Assembly: GCF_009914755.1 (NCBI RefSeq)
Contig: NC_060937.1
DNA length: 64,000 nt
DNA from: the human T2T-CHM13v2.0 reference genome, Homo sapiens
Reading direction: 5' to 3' (one strand)
The translations under genes were made by a program, and so were the position numbers. A model generated the notes under the pieces. The model was not told the origin of the DNA, searched no databases, and was given only the letters and a program-made list of their open reading frames with translations. Shown piece after piece: positions 33,100 through 46,797 of this stretch (position 1 is its first letter; every line of letters begins with the position of its first letter).

Positions 33100-35956
33100 A
33101 ATATTCTACAACAGATGAAGAAAGTTTTAATTTCTTTTCACATTAAACATTGTTTACCACAATCAGCTAACAGAAATTACTGTAACATTGGTCACGATGA
33201 CTTCATAAAACTAAAGATAAATGTTATGAGGAAACTTCATTTAACGTGAATGGTAATGTTAGATACTGTATTTTTCCATGGTAAAATACAACTTATCTTG
33301 AAGAGAAAGCAAATAGTTCAGATCAGGGAGACATGCTGAGGTTTTAATAAAGAAAAGCTTGGCCTTGTCCAGAACACTTAACAAAGTTCAGGACAATTTA
33401 GGTAAAAGAGATGAGTGAGACACCAGCGTTAGGCAGGGACATAGGCTCATCATTCAGGCTTTATGTACATTACTGGATCTATGCAGCTCTCACCTTTAGA
33501 TAAGTGAGCTATATTTTTGGCAGAGGGATCTTCAAAAGTAGCCTTGGATATGAGGAATCGTATTTTAACCACCAGGCAGTCCAAGGAATTATTTTTAAAG
33601 GGACAGCTGAGTATTTCACGTATATACTATTAAGGCATCTAAATTTTTGGTGTTTTCAGTATATAATTTTACTGCTACTTTTTATTCTTTTTTTCATATT
33701 GTACAACTATGATATTAGGTATTAAGCGACGTAATTCTTTCTCTACTAGTGAACCAGTTTATTTCACTTAGCAAACTCTAAATTGAGGGAAATATATAAT
33801 CTGAGAACACACAGAAAAATATATTGAAAAACCAATAGAGAATTATTTTTAACCATCATAAAAACTCAATCTTAATTAACTGATAGTCTTTAACTTAAAA
33901 AAAGAGTAATCAGAATGAAAATAGGTATTAAAAATAATTACCAGTAGTTTGTTTTACAAAATAGAGCCATAAATTGTTTAATTGCCCAATTAAGCAACTA
34001 CCAGATTCTTTAGTCAACACTAACAGAATTCATATTTCAGCTAGTCAACAAAGCATATAAATATTTAACATCTCTTGAAGATAACATTTTAGTGATAACG
34101 GAGACTACATAATTCTATCCATTGTTGTGACTGTCCACAAATTAACCAGGTTAAATATCAAAGATACATTGGGAATACTCCCCAAAACAACAACAGAATA
34201 TTAATTAAATGAATTTTAAAAGCTTAAGAAATGAAAGTAGAAAACATGAATGAGACGGTGCTTAAACAATTATTGACCTAATCAAGACCTTTAAAATTAC
34301 CACCAAAATGCACTATCATTTTTTTTTTATTTAGTTTACAGGAAGAATCTGTAAGTACAGGTTGCAGAAAGAAAACGTTTAGTGCTATTTACATTCATTT
34401 TAAAACTCTGCTCTATACAAATTTAATTCTGATCAGTATGAACAATATTTTCGTAGATCTACTGCATATAAAGCCTTTTCATCAAAGCATTAACAATGAA
34501 TAAAATAACATGATTACATTTAAACAACGCTGACCATTTGAAACCATTTACATTTAATGTTTGTAAGGGCTGTTGACACTTAGTAAGTACAGAATGTAAT
34601 GTCAGCCTGCAACTTCATTTTTATAAAGGCTAAACTTATTTATATGGAATATTGTTCTATATACTACGCGCCAATCTATATTTTAAGTCCTGTAGTTAGG
34701 TATTTTATAAGTCTTTTATTAAATATATTCTACACATATTTGTAATTTCATCCAGGAAGAATTTCTTCCCAGTGAAAAAATATAAAAATCTTTCATATTT
34801 TTACAGGTTTAGATGAAAGTAGCTCATGCTTTAGTGCTGTGCAAATTGTTTTTAGCATATCAATCTTTAAATTATTGGTATGAAATAAAAGAAAAAGTGG
34901 CATTCTTGTGTATGCCATAAAAATCAGCTTTTGACTTTAATACAATTGCAAGCACTAATATCAAACGCAAACTATATAAAGAAACAAAATTAGTACTATG
35001 GAGTTTTTTTTTAATTTTAAGAATTCATCTGAACTCTAAGGAGTAAGCATGACACTGGATGTGGTTACAAATTAATGATAATTATGGAAAATTTCAATTT
35101 GCTGATATTCAAATACATAAAATTGATCAATGAGGTTTTCTAATATTTCTGCACAATAATGAAAGCCGATGAGTGACTGAAACTACCCTCCCACATTAAG
35201 GCTAGGAGACGCACTCTCACCCCTTCTTGTGCTGTCTAAACAAACACTCAGTTACTGTAGGACTCAAGAGTGCATGTCTTAAAGGAAAAAAAATTAGTTT
35301 CATCAGCCCTCTACTGAGTGCTTTAAACAGGCACATTTTGTTTTTTCATTTGTTGCAGTGAAAATAGTCACACTCAGTTTAGTATTCTGTGCCAGTGCAG
35401 CCACCACGGCTGACTTTGGTAGAATTCACCCAACATTTTAGTTTCTTTTCCATTTTTTCCTCTCAAGTTGGCCCAGTAATTAACTTCATTAATTGCTGAG
35501 TGTCTTCCAGTGTGGAATTGTATATATAAGTATTTCTAGATACCACACACTGTTATAAATTCTGCTGATGAGGAAAATAATGCCAATCTTTTTAGTGCAA
35601 ATTGTATTTGGAACACTTGATTTATTAGTTCTGATGATGAAAATTTTGTGGCAGCAAAATGGTTTCTGCTACGAAAGATAACTTGTTAACTTTTCCCCTG
35701 GAGATTGACTGCATTCAAAAACCAATATGTGTTAAAACAGCTCAACAAAAAATACAAGAAATAAAAAATCAGAGTGAAAAATGTTCTTGGTTCTTTTTAC
35801 TTTCATGAGAAAAGATGACAGTGTTCATGTGGTAATTCAGTTCCATGTGTTTACAGGCAGACTGTTCTGAACGGTTTCTGAAGCAATGTCGGGTCTTTTC
35901 TGTCCCAGCAGCATGAAAGACAAAGACTATATCACATCACACTAGGCAGACAGTGT
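33100..35956 (-). other. UBL3: UBL3 3'UTR (~2.9 kb, AT-rich, no recognisable repeats)
   Basis: Continues from the stop codon with no recognisable interspersed repeats. Candidate poly(A) signal at 33126-33131 with U-rich sequence downstream (plus-strand A-rich 33010-33050). The 3' end is approximate. Confidence 0.75.
33126..33131 (-). terminator. Candidate polyadenylation signal ATTAAA of UBL3
   Basis: Plus-strand tttaat; U-rich downstream element on the minus strand. Other AATAAA hexamers exist (e.g. 32303-32308 and within the UTR). Confidence 0.45.
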
Positions 35957-36009
35957 TTACAGGATTACACAACAATTACTCTCTCCAGTCTTCTCACGAT
36001 TCCTCTGAC
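35957..36009 (-). CDS. UBL3: UBL3 last coding exon (GQRNREKTGESNCCVIL*), CAAX prenylation motif
   Basis: Acceptor ttttccctag| at 36010-36011; TAA at 35957-35959. Exons 2-5 total 327 nt; adding the 27 nt known from exon 1 gives 354 nt = 117 aa + stop. Confidence 0.97.
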
Positions 36010-36319
36010 CTAGGGAAAACGAAGAAGAGCCTCGTTTATAAAAATTCTAGAACTGGAGGGGAAAATGGGCTAGGCAATCAAGTGTAGGAAGTAGTAGTTT
36101 TGAGTTTTTAAAAATGTTTGCATTTTTCAAAATTAAGAAGCTGTAATAAATGTTCTTTTAATTTTAGCATGTTTCAAAAATGTCTGGTTATTTGCTTGAC
36201 AATCTCTATTCATAAACTATGCAAACTTCCCTTCCCTCAGCATATCCAAGAAAAACCTAGCATTTTTGAATGCCTGTCTTTGTGCCTCAACTGAGATACT
36301 TTTCCAGTGCATGGCTTAC

Positions 36320-36397
36320 CTTGAGAGTTTGGCTCTGGTAATGTCTCTCTGGCCACCAAATGCATCACTGTTGTTTTGCCAAAAGGAAGTTTTAATG
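36320..36397 (-). CDS. UBL3: UBL3 coding exon 4 (78 nt; ALKLPFGKTTVMHLVARETLPEPNSQ)
   Basis: Acceptor ttcacatag| at 36398-36399; donor CAAG|gtaagc from 36319; in frame. Confidence 0.97.
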
Positions 36398-37649
36398 CTA
36401 TGTGAAAAGCAAAAGATGATTAGTTACACATATATCGACCTATTAAAATCACTATCCAGATTTAAAACCATTTTAAAAATTGATTGCTTTTTTATGACTT
36501 CTTTAACAGATTCAACTTAACTCAGAGTACCTTCACAAAATTAGGTTAATATTATCAGAAATAACATTTAAAATTTAGAAATTATTTTTTGCAGTTATAT
36601 AGCCATTTGCTTGACACATTTATCCATATTAAGAGATGATATAAGAAAAAATATGTAATTGGCTAATATCAGAGGCCACCTTTAGAGGAGAAAGGATTAA
36701 ATTTTTTTTAAAAGAATACTCTTTTCTATATTAGGTAAAAGTTTAGATTAAGAGATATTCATTTCTAAATCTAATTACTTGTCTATTGCCTAATAAAATT
36801 ACTGCACTGAACAGGCTACTATGATGTAGAAATGCAAGAAATAAACTTGATTTTAAACATTTATTCTCACCCTGTATTCGTCCATTAGAAAAGAACTTTC
36901 TTAAAAAGATTAGGTTAAAATAATCACTTTCTTGGCATTATCAATAATCACTGTTTCCTAATCAAGTCTTTATAACATTTTTTCACTCATAAATTTAATA
37001 AATTTTATCATGAAATATTTCAGACATAGAACACACACCCATGTCCACTAAGGCAAATACAAATACTGAGTTTCATGGTAAATCCCTTTGTTACTCTGTG
37101 TATAAAATTAGAAGCAGCTGGTATATTTAGCTTCTAGAACTGTTTCTATAGTTGTTATGTTTTAGTTCTGACACCTCAAACTACCCTCTCTTCAAAAACT
37201 ACAAACTGAAGTAAGGCCTAAGATCATCACTTAGCAATAATGATCCTCCACTCCAGCTACCTGCTTTTTAAAACCTGCTCTATAGGATGATGGTTAACAT
37301 GCAGATTTTAAAAAGAATCCTAATTATCTTCAACACTAGTACTATTTCATATATTCAAGGTGAGTTCCAATCTCATTTAAAGTTGGCCAGCCATTATTTG
37401 GTCTACACTTTTAACCTCTGATGTTCAAATGAAGCACGATGGCCCATAAATACATAATGAAAAAAGGGAGGCTTTTAGAATAACTTCCTAGGCCTGACTT
37501 AAATCAAAATGTAAGTAAGACTTTATGTTATTAAAATTTTCACTAAATAGTTGGGAAAGCCTGATCAACATTTCAAACCTTGAACTGAACTTAAAATGTA
37601 CACATACCAAGCTGTATATCATTCTCATACCCGTCTTCTTGACTCTAAT

Positions 37650-37870
37650 AAGACAGACCTGGATTACAAATTTTCATCTCTGCTACTTCCAACTGTGTAA
37701 CTCTCAGCAAGTTACTTACCCTCTAAGCTTCTGTTTCCTCAACTAAACTGGAGATACTAATTCCATTACCTGCCCTTTGTAGCTGTGTCCATTAAATCAA
37801 ACAATCCAAGCAAAGTGCTTTGCACAGAACTTGGTACAAAGAAAGCATTCAGTATATACTACCATCATCA
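37650..37870 (-). mobile_element. MIR (UBL3 intron 3)
   Basis: gcaagttacttaccctctaagcttctgtttcctcaactaaactggagata. Confidence 0.7.
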
Positions 37871-40109
37871 TTTTGAGATAGCAAGGAAAATGAATCTGAG
37901 AAAAAAGGTAGGTAAACTGAGATACATATGTAAAAAATGTCAAGACAGGCCTGGAAAGCTCCTGAGAGGCTTACCATTTGAAGTTACAAATGTAATGCGT
38001 GGGAGCTATTATTTTTCTTCTCCATCTGAATTTTAACTAGAAATAGTAGGTATTGATGTTAATAACATTTAAAAATGTGAAAGAAGAGGAATACCAGAAT
38101 CTAAAATGCGTTTTCTTCCTTTCACTGTGGATGCTTCTGCTCTCTCCTATGACACAGTACAATATCCAGAATAGAGGTTTTCAACCTTTAGCGTACATAA
38201 AAATCACCCAGGAATTCAATTCACTAGTAAAATTAGGAGATGGGGGTTGGGGAGAGAGGGCATGCAGAAATCTGCATTTTAAAATAAGTATCCTAGATGA
38301 GTCTCATGCCCACTATTTCAGAGCCACATTTTTGGAAATGCTAATCTGGGCCATACTGAATGCCAAAGCTTTAGCTGATCATCTTCTTCACCCTCCGATT
38401 AACAAGGCTGCTGTCACACCTTTCCTTTAATGAAATGAAACTCTACATGGCTATAAAGGTTCTATTTTAAAAAGGGGGGATTCAGGGCTATGTTTTAAGA
38501 CATTTGATAACCAAACATTTCAACCTGAAACTTAAGCAGAAAATTTCAAGAATGGCAGAGAATGCCCAGGCTTCCTACTTTGTCTGCATAATGGCTGAAT
38601 TCCACCCATGGCTGTATACCCACTACTTCGTGGTCATCCACTGCTTGACCACTACCTATAACAAGATCTCACTAACTTTCCCTGGCAGTCTATTCTTTCT
38701 TTAGGTAGCTCAACATGTTCACATATTCTTTCCTATATTGAAGAGAAAACTGTCTTTGATTTTCAGTTACTGATCCTAAGTCTAATTCACAGGGCTATAC
38801 AGAGCAAGTTCTAGGGCCACACAAAGCCTTCTTCCACACAGGCCACGCAAATATTTAAAGATGGTTGTATTTCCCTGTGTGCTATCTTCTTTATTATTCA
38901 CATTGAAGAACACAGGGAGGCTAAAAAGAAAAACTGAGACCCAAAAGACAAATAGTTGAATGTTGTTATCCAAACTTGCTCAAACATCCAGCTACAATTA
39001 TTAACGCGGAGGTCCAGGCCATGCTTCTACACTAGAGATAGTTTATTGTTTTTGAAAAGAAGGACAGCAACACAGAATTACAATAATAATTACATAAGTC
39101 AATCTGTTCATTATTCTAAAACAGATTTCAAAAAAATACTGGTAAAAAATTATACTTTAGTGGGAATAAATCAATAGTTTTGATTTTAACACAAATTCTA
39201 TGAGCTTTAATATGAAGTTCAAACTCTGAGGTCACAACAGAAAAGATAATTAAGGAATGGAGTTGGTGGGAAATTGCTCACATAGATCAATACTCAAAAG
39301 GGAAATGGAGCATTTCAAGGTTCACTCATATAATCGATAGATTAAATTCAACCAACATTTACCAATTTTTAATTCACATAAGATCTTGTATGAGCCATGG
39401 AGAATTTTAAAAAGACTAGAACATGGTCCCATCCTTAATGAATGTACAATATAGCCAGGGAGCTAACAGTCAATTCTTACATGAAGAGCATTAAGAGTTG
39501 CTCCATCTATTTATACAAAAGCTATAAAAAAAAAAGCTACAAATCAAAAAAGCTCCATTTTAAAGTGCCAGATATCTCTTAGTAGATAGCAGCATTTTTT
39601 AGACCAGTTATAATACTACCAGTGAAACTCAGTGTGAGATTATAGCCTGAAATGTTTTACTCACTTGACATTGTCATAAAATCATTTGCATTCATCTACT
39701 TTAGCCCTTATTGCCCAGGATTTTTACCAGTGCATTTTATCTGTTTGTCCTATGTAATACTAGAGCAACCTGAAGGGAGAGCTTCTGTCTTATTCAATCC
39801 TGTATTCCCAAGTGCTTAGCACAGTGTTGGCCCATAAGAATTTAATAAATACATGCTGAATGAATGAATGCAAATATTCTACCTTTAAGGAAAAATAGAT
39901 TAAATATTAGGTTTAGAGGAAAAACTCAGACTATATTCAGTGAAATATATATTTAGATAGACCATTTCATTTGCCTATACGTTTCCAATTATCTGAATAT
40001 ATTTGAAATACCTATTTTCAAAACTACCATCAAATCCTGTTGATGGTAGAAAATATACCCCATAAGGGGGCAATATTGAGCTACATTTCTCCAATCATAT
40101 ATAAAGAAC

Positions 40110-40370
40110 AATAATAGCTAACAATTAAGGTGTTTACTATGTGCCAAGCACCATTTATGCACGTAAGCACTTTGAATATATAAAGTAATTTACCCTTCTT
40201 AACCTATGAGGTAGGCACTACTGTAATTCCATTTTACTGATGAGGAAACTGGAACACAGGTTGGTTAAGTCACTTGCCCAAGGTTTACACAGCCAGTAAG
40301 TAGTGCAGCTAACATATAACTTAAATAGTCTAGTTCCAAAATCTGTTCTTTCAACTATTATGCTAAAATG
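40110..40370 (+). mobile_element. MIR (UBL3 intron 3)
   Basis: ccattttactgatgaggaaactg...ggttaagtcacttgcccaagg. Confidence 0.8.
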
Positions 40371-40814
40371 CTGCTCTAATGTCAGCCACCTACTTTATTC
40401 TCACATGATTAGCAACTGTATCAGGTAGAAACATCTGAAAACATCCCTTCATATATTTGAAAACTATCATAAATTTTTCCTAGTTTGTGTGTCCAGTCTT
40501 AAGTTTAAAATACTACATCTGAATTATATATTATTTGGAAATATAATAACGTTACATTTAAAAAATAGTAGGTATAGAATCCTACCTATACTGGGATAGA
40601 GTTTATTTCACAAGGTAGTAAATACTTACTACAGTCCTAAAACTAAATTTAACAGAATATACAATGTGAAGGAGTAGGCATACCAGAAATAGGCAGAATT
40701 CATAGTTTGAATTTATCATTTTTTTTAGCAAATTCAAAGACATTAACATTTAAAACAAGCGAATCATGCTACCATGAGACAGACATTAAATCCCATTACA
40801 AAGGTGGCTGTTAC

Positions 40815-40901
40815 CTCCTAATGTGACATTTCCATGTAGAAATCGTCCTTGATAAATAAGTCGTAGAATATTTGGACTGCTGACCTGCTCTTCTTCCCAG
40901 T
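40815..40901 (-). CDS. UBL3: UBL3 coding exon 3 (87 nt; DWEEEQVSSPNILRLIYQGRFLHGNVTLG)
   Basis: Acceptor ttttcag| at 40902-40903; donor |gtaaca from 40814. Continues in frame from exon 2 and carries the ubiquitin-fold RLIYQGRFL motif. Confidence 0.97.
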
Positions 40902-43900
40902 CTGAAAAGAATCCAGTGTACTGGTTAGGTATATTCCAACATATAATTAAGGTACTACTATATTGTTTTAAAAATTCAGATCCAAATCAGTTAGAGTACA
41001 AAGAAGGCCCTTGGAGCTTCCTACTACTATTAGAAACAGTCACTATTCATACATTTACCGCAACCTTGGTTATTACTTATTCTTTTAAGTAGCAAGAGCT
41101 GCAAAAAGACTCGTTTTGCTTCTTAAAGAATACTAAAATGTACCAAATTGTAGTCCCCAAGTTTAAAGTTAATACAAATGAGTTGGGAAAGACCTACTGA
41201 GTAAAAAGAAATATCATTTTAAAATTAATTTCAATTACCAGTAATTAACACATAGTATTATAATGCTCCAATATTTGTACCTGTTAAAATGTACATTTAA
41301 GGCTAGAAAACAGCAGGCTTAACAAAGATCTAAAAAACAGTTAATATATTGATATTGAGAATAACAAAAAAACTGTTTACTTTTGGATAATGTTGATATA
41401 TTATCTTATTGTCTATCTGAAGTCAGTTAGTAAACATTAGAGAAGATACAACTTTAGTTCACCTCACCCAAAATGAAGACTTGGAAGAAACCAAAAAAAT
41501 TATATATATTTGGAGGTACTGTACAAACATGAAAGCTAGAAAAGTGTACACACAAAGAAAATAAGACAAACTGGTAGGCAGAATGGGTAACAGAATATTT
41601 AACTTCAGCCTATAATTTATATTATTGTAAAAGATGGAAACCACTCCATTAAAATAAAGGTTTAAGGACACTAGTGTTATGATAGGGTAAAGGTTTAGTA
41701 ATTTTCATGAGCTTGCAGATGTAACAATTTAAGCTTTGAGTTTAGTAATGATCTGAGAATTCCTTTGTCTTTTTTGTCAACAATTCTAATGTGTTTGTTT
41801 CCTATAGAAAGAGATAATGGTTAACACAAAAAAATAGTTTAAAGTATTCTGAAAGAGTGACAGAAGATAAAGGAAGTAACTAGAGACTTTTCTTTTGCCC
41901 TTTTTTTGACTATTCAAAATGATGAATGTGAATTTGATAAAACCACTGCCTCTAGGTAACTTAGGCACAGCAGAAATGAGCAGAGGAGAAATGAATCCGT
42001 CATTTCCTGCCCCCGCTCCATGCCTTTAGTCTCTTCCCTCTTCTGTCTCCTGTAAGGCTTTGTTGCCTTCTGATCCCATTGTTCCCAGGTCCCTCCTATT
42101 CTAGAAGAAAGATCAAATAAGTCTCTAACACTATAGTATGAATTGCTTTGAATTCATCAATTCCAAAATTATTGTTTAATAGAATATTTCTGGTCAAGAT
42201 GGAAGTGCTCCATAGATACAAAGGTAAATGACAGTAATTGTTTAATTCACAGGAAACAAAGACTGATATTCTAAAAATACTTGAATTTTTTTTTTGAGAT
42301 GCAGAAACCTGAAGCCCCATGTTTCATTATCTTATACAGAGTGTCATGATTTCCACGTACTTCACTGGTGTAATATGCTATCTCCCTTCCCCTCTCCAGG
42401 GATCTAAAATTTAGAGAAATCTTAGAATATAGCTTAAATGAAGAATTTCAGGTGTTATTAACATATCCTAAGTATAACAAGATTTTTTTGAACCTTTGAC
42501 CCAATAATAGCTATGTGTCTGACTATTCCACCTGTTAGTAATATTTCCACTAAATAGCAGAAGGGTATGCTAAGGAAAACTAATTCCTTCAACAAGTATG
42601 TTGCACGAAGTATTTTCTGCTATTAATATTTGCCACACATTTGTTATTAACATCAATAAGTATTTAATTTGCTGATCTTTAGTACATTATGTGATACAAT
42701 ATAGACTTAGATTTTTAATTTAAGTATTTTATGTAAAATAAAAATTAAAGTATTTCTCTTTATTCCTTGCAGTGTCTAAAACTGCTGAGTAGATTTGGCA
42801 ACCTGAGGAAATACTGGGAATCAAAATCTTTTTTTTGAAAATAAGGGAACATCCACTGATACAATCAATATTCAGTACTGGTAGATGGTCTGTTCATTTG
42901 GGATACTATTTATGGCAAAGACTTATACTTGAATTTAAACTAATTTTAATATCTAAGTAAGTAATTATGAAAGTAAAAGTATTTCTTTTACCTTAAGTTA
43001 CAATACTGCCCAAATAAATTTCAGAGTGATTACCCTTTTTCTGCCTTGTGTTATGTTTTCTATAATATCCATATATCAAAAGCTATTACTTACTATGACC
43101 GCTCCCCCCAAAAAAAATCTCATAAAGGTAATCTTTTTGTATCACACTTAGAACAACATCATTCTTGGGTATTTAAAAATGCTTTTCATACTGATAGTTA
43201 TCTATTCCTGCCTGGCTATAAAGAATAGCCAATATTCTTAGATCCCAAATTTCTTTAGCTTTTCTGAAATTCTTTCTTAGCTATAACCTTTATAGCTTCA
43301 GTATCTCCCTGACTTAGAAACTAGCCGCTTGGTTACTAATGTGAAGAAAGATCCAGTAGTTGAAAGTATTTGTATAAATCAGTATTTCTTAAATTTAGGC
43401 CTATGAATCCACCAAGACATGTCCTTAGGGTCTAAAAGTCCTCTTCAAGAAGTTTTAAATTGTATTTTTTTTTTTAATGAAAATCTGGAAAATCTGTATT
43501 TTCATTTTAATGAAATCTGGAGGAGATTGTCTAGATGATTTAAATAGTGACTTTATAACCCAAGTGCAGCCTTGGGGTTTTAGTACTCACGTGTGCATTA
43601 AATTTATGACTGTACTGGTGCCAAGCAGTCAGTACTTCTTTAATTGTTAGGAGGCTAATGAGATCAGAACAGGGGTTCACTTAACAAGTAAATGATGCAT
43701 TCTACCTATGAGAAAACTGAGTAACAATTTGTTATACTGTATAAATAAAGGTTTTATGGTGACTCTACAGACAACCTGGTCATCAAACACTATGTAGGAA
43801 CATAGGCATGACAAACTCAACAGTATTCATGCTGTAAGCAGTGAGCTGGCTTTGGCAAAAATACATCATCTAGCACATTAATGTTGTTAACTTGAACATT

Positions 43901-44300
43901 ATTGGTTTCAGAGTTATATTTGCATTTTCTGAATCAATCTTTTTTAGTTTTATGATTGTGTATATGAGTTAAGAAGAATAAAGAGTTTTAACTGGGTTTA
44001 AGTTTCTACATTTTAAAATACGCATTATAATAAAAATAATTTAAGTCAGCAACTAGAGATCTACAAGAATTATCTTCCTCTAGAAAAGCTCCGTATATTA
44101 TTTAAGGTTGAGAAACACTAATCTAATTGACTCATTTTGTACATATACTATGTTCTTTGTCAAAATAAGTCTTGTCCTTTAAAAGTTCAAATTGCTACTG
44201 CTAATAAAATTAAGTGAAATCAGCTGAAAAAAATCATATCACTATGATACATGACATAAGGATCAAGATGACACTGGGGAAGTTCAAAGGAAGAAAATAA

Positions 44301-44618
<318 letters not shown>

Positions 44619-44929
44619 TGACGGTCTTATTATATAAAAAAAAAATCAAAGAAAATAAGAAATACCAAACACATTTTCCAAGATTGTTATGGTTACTGGC
44701 TTGAAAATGGAAAGCACAGACAGACATTAATTATCTTGACCTTATAGTAGTTCAGAGAACATAAGAACTGACATGAATTAGAAGTTAACTTTGTTTCAAA
44801 CTTAATTTTAAATAGGCTATCTAGAGAAGACCACAGAGAATGTATTATCTGTTAAAAATAGTTGTTCTTTCCTCTTTGTGTTTTGGTAAAAATAGGTTTA
44901 CTGATATGAAGGTGTGTGTATATTCACTA

Positions 44930-45262
44930 TTTTGTGTTTTTTTTTCTTTTTTTTCTTTTCTTTCTTTTTTTTTTTTTTTTGAGACAGGGTCTTGCTCTGT
45001 TGCTCAGGCAGGAATGTAGTGGTGTGATAATTGCTCATGGCAGCCTCAAATTCCTGGCCTCAAGTGATCCTCCTGCCTCAGCCTCCCAAGTAGCTGGGAC
45101 TACAGGCATGTGCTACCATGCCTGGCTAATTTTTAAATTTTTAGCAGTGATGACATCTTGCTATGTTGCACAGGCTGGTCTCACACTCCTAGCTTCAAGC
45201 AATCCTCCTGCTTTGGTCTCCCAAAGTGCTGGGATTACAGGTATGAGCCACCATCCCTGGCT
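44930..45262 (-). mobile_element. AluJ
   Basis: Reverse Alu with J diagnostics. Confidence 0.9.
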
Positions 45263-45290
45263 GCATTTTTCTTTATTAAAAATATTTTTT

Positions 45291-45623
<333 letters not shown>

Positions 45624-45851
45624 CTAAGACAGAAGCAGAGCCATTGCATTCTGGGCTCCTTTACCATTTGGGAATGAGACTGCTGAAGAGCAAGATAAGG
45701 AAGGGTACAATGATCCTCTAAATCTGAGCCTTATACTCTCAATTTTCGGTTGTTCTTTTAAATGTTATATAACAGTTTCAAAATGTTTGTGAGACAAGGT
45801 AGGGCATAAAGAATCAACATTATTCATACTCAAGAGAAAAATATCACTCAC

Positions 45852-45960
45852 CCATTGGCCAATTGTCATATACATGCTTTGCAATGTCAGAAGCAGAATC
45901 GTTAGGAGAAAACAGGAACTCTTTTGTTTTTCCGCTTACCAAAATGAGGCGCAAATTTAT
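45852..45960 (-). CDS. UBL3: UBL3 coding exon 2 (109 nt; INLRLILVSGKTKEFLFSPNDSASDIAKHVYDNWPM)
   Basis: Manual translation of the reverse complement matches UBL3 residues 10-45. Acceptor cttctttcag| (plus-strand ct 45961-45962); donor |gtgagt (45851-45846). Phase 0 in, phase 1 out. Confidence 0.97.
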
Positions 45961-46473
45961 CTGAAAGAAGACAATGATTCTTTTAACATAAATCTAAAAA
46001 TTTTTTAAGTAAAAAAGAAGACTCAAAGGCTTTTCATTTCAATCACATCCTAAATTATTACCAATGCCATATTGTGGTTTTTATTTAAATTCTATAAAAC
46101 TTTTTTAAAAAGAATGGGAATTTGATATTTGATTTTATTTCCTATTATTTAAAGGGTGTGTGTGTGTGTCAGACATATTTGCCATAATAAATGAACAAAG
46201 GAAAACCAAAATTCATTACACTTTTAAATTTAATCACTCCAACAATGTTCAGAATTGAACTTTTGCAAGTTATCACTATTATTATAGAATATACATTTTT
46301 ACCCAAAAATTAATAAAAATGTTGACACTGCAGGTCTCGTCACTAAACAGAAAAAAAATTTAGTTGATATTCTACTTCTTAAAAAATATAATTAAAAGAA
46401 AATAAACTATATACAAGTTTTTTTCCTATGAAAATTATTAAAACCTAGACGAATTAACAATAAACTATGTATG

Positions 46474-46797
<324 letters not shown>

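Noticed and set aside
35560-35645. TGATGA...CTGA spaced ~70 nt on the plus strand, resembling a C/D snoRNA
   Set aside because: It is antisense to the UBL3 3'UTR with no host intron, the C box lacks the leading purine, and there is no convincing terminal stem or guide.
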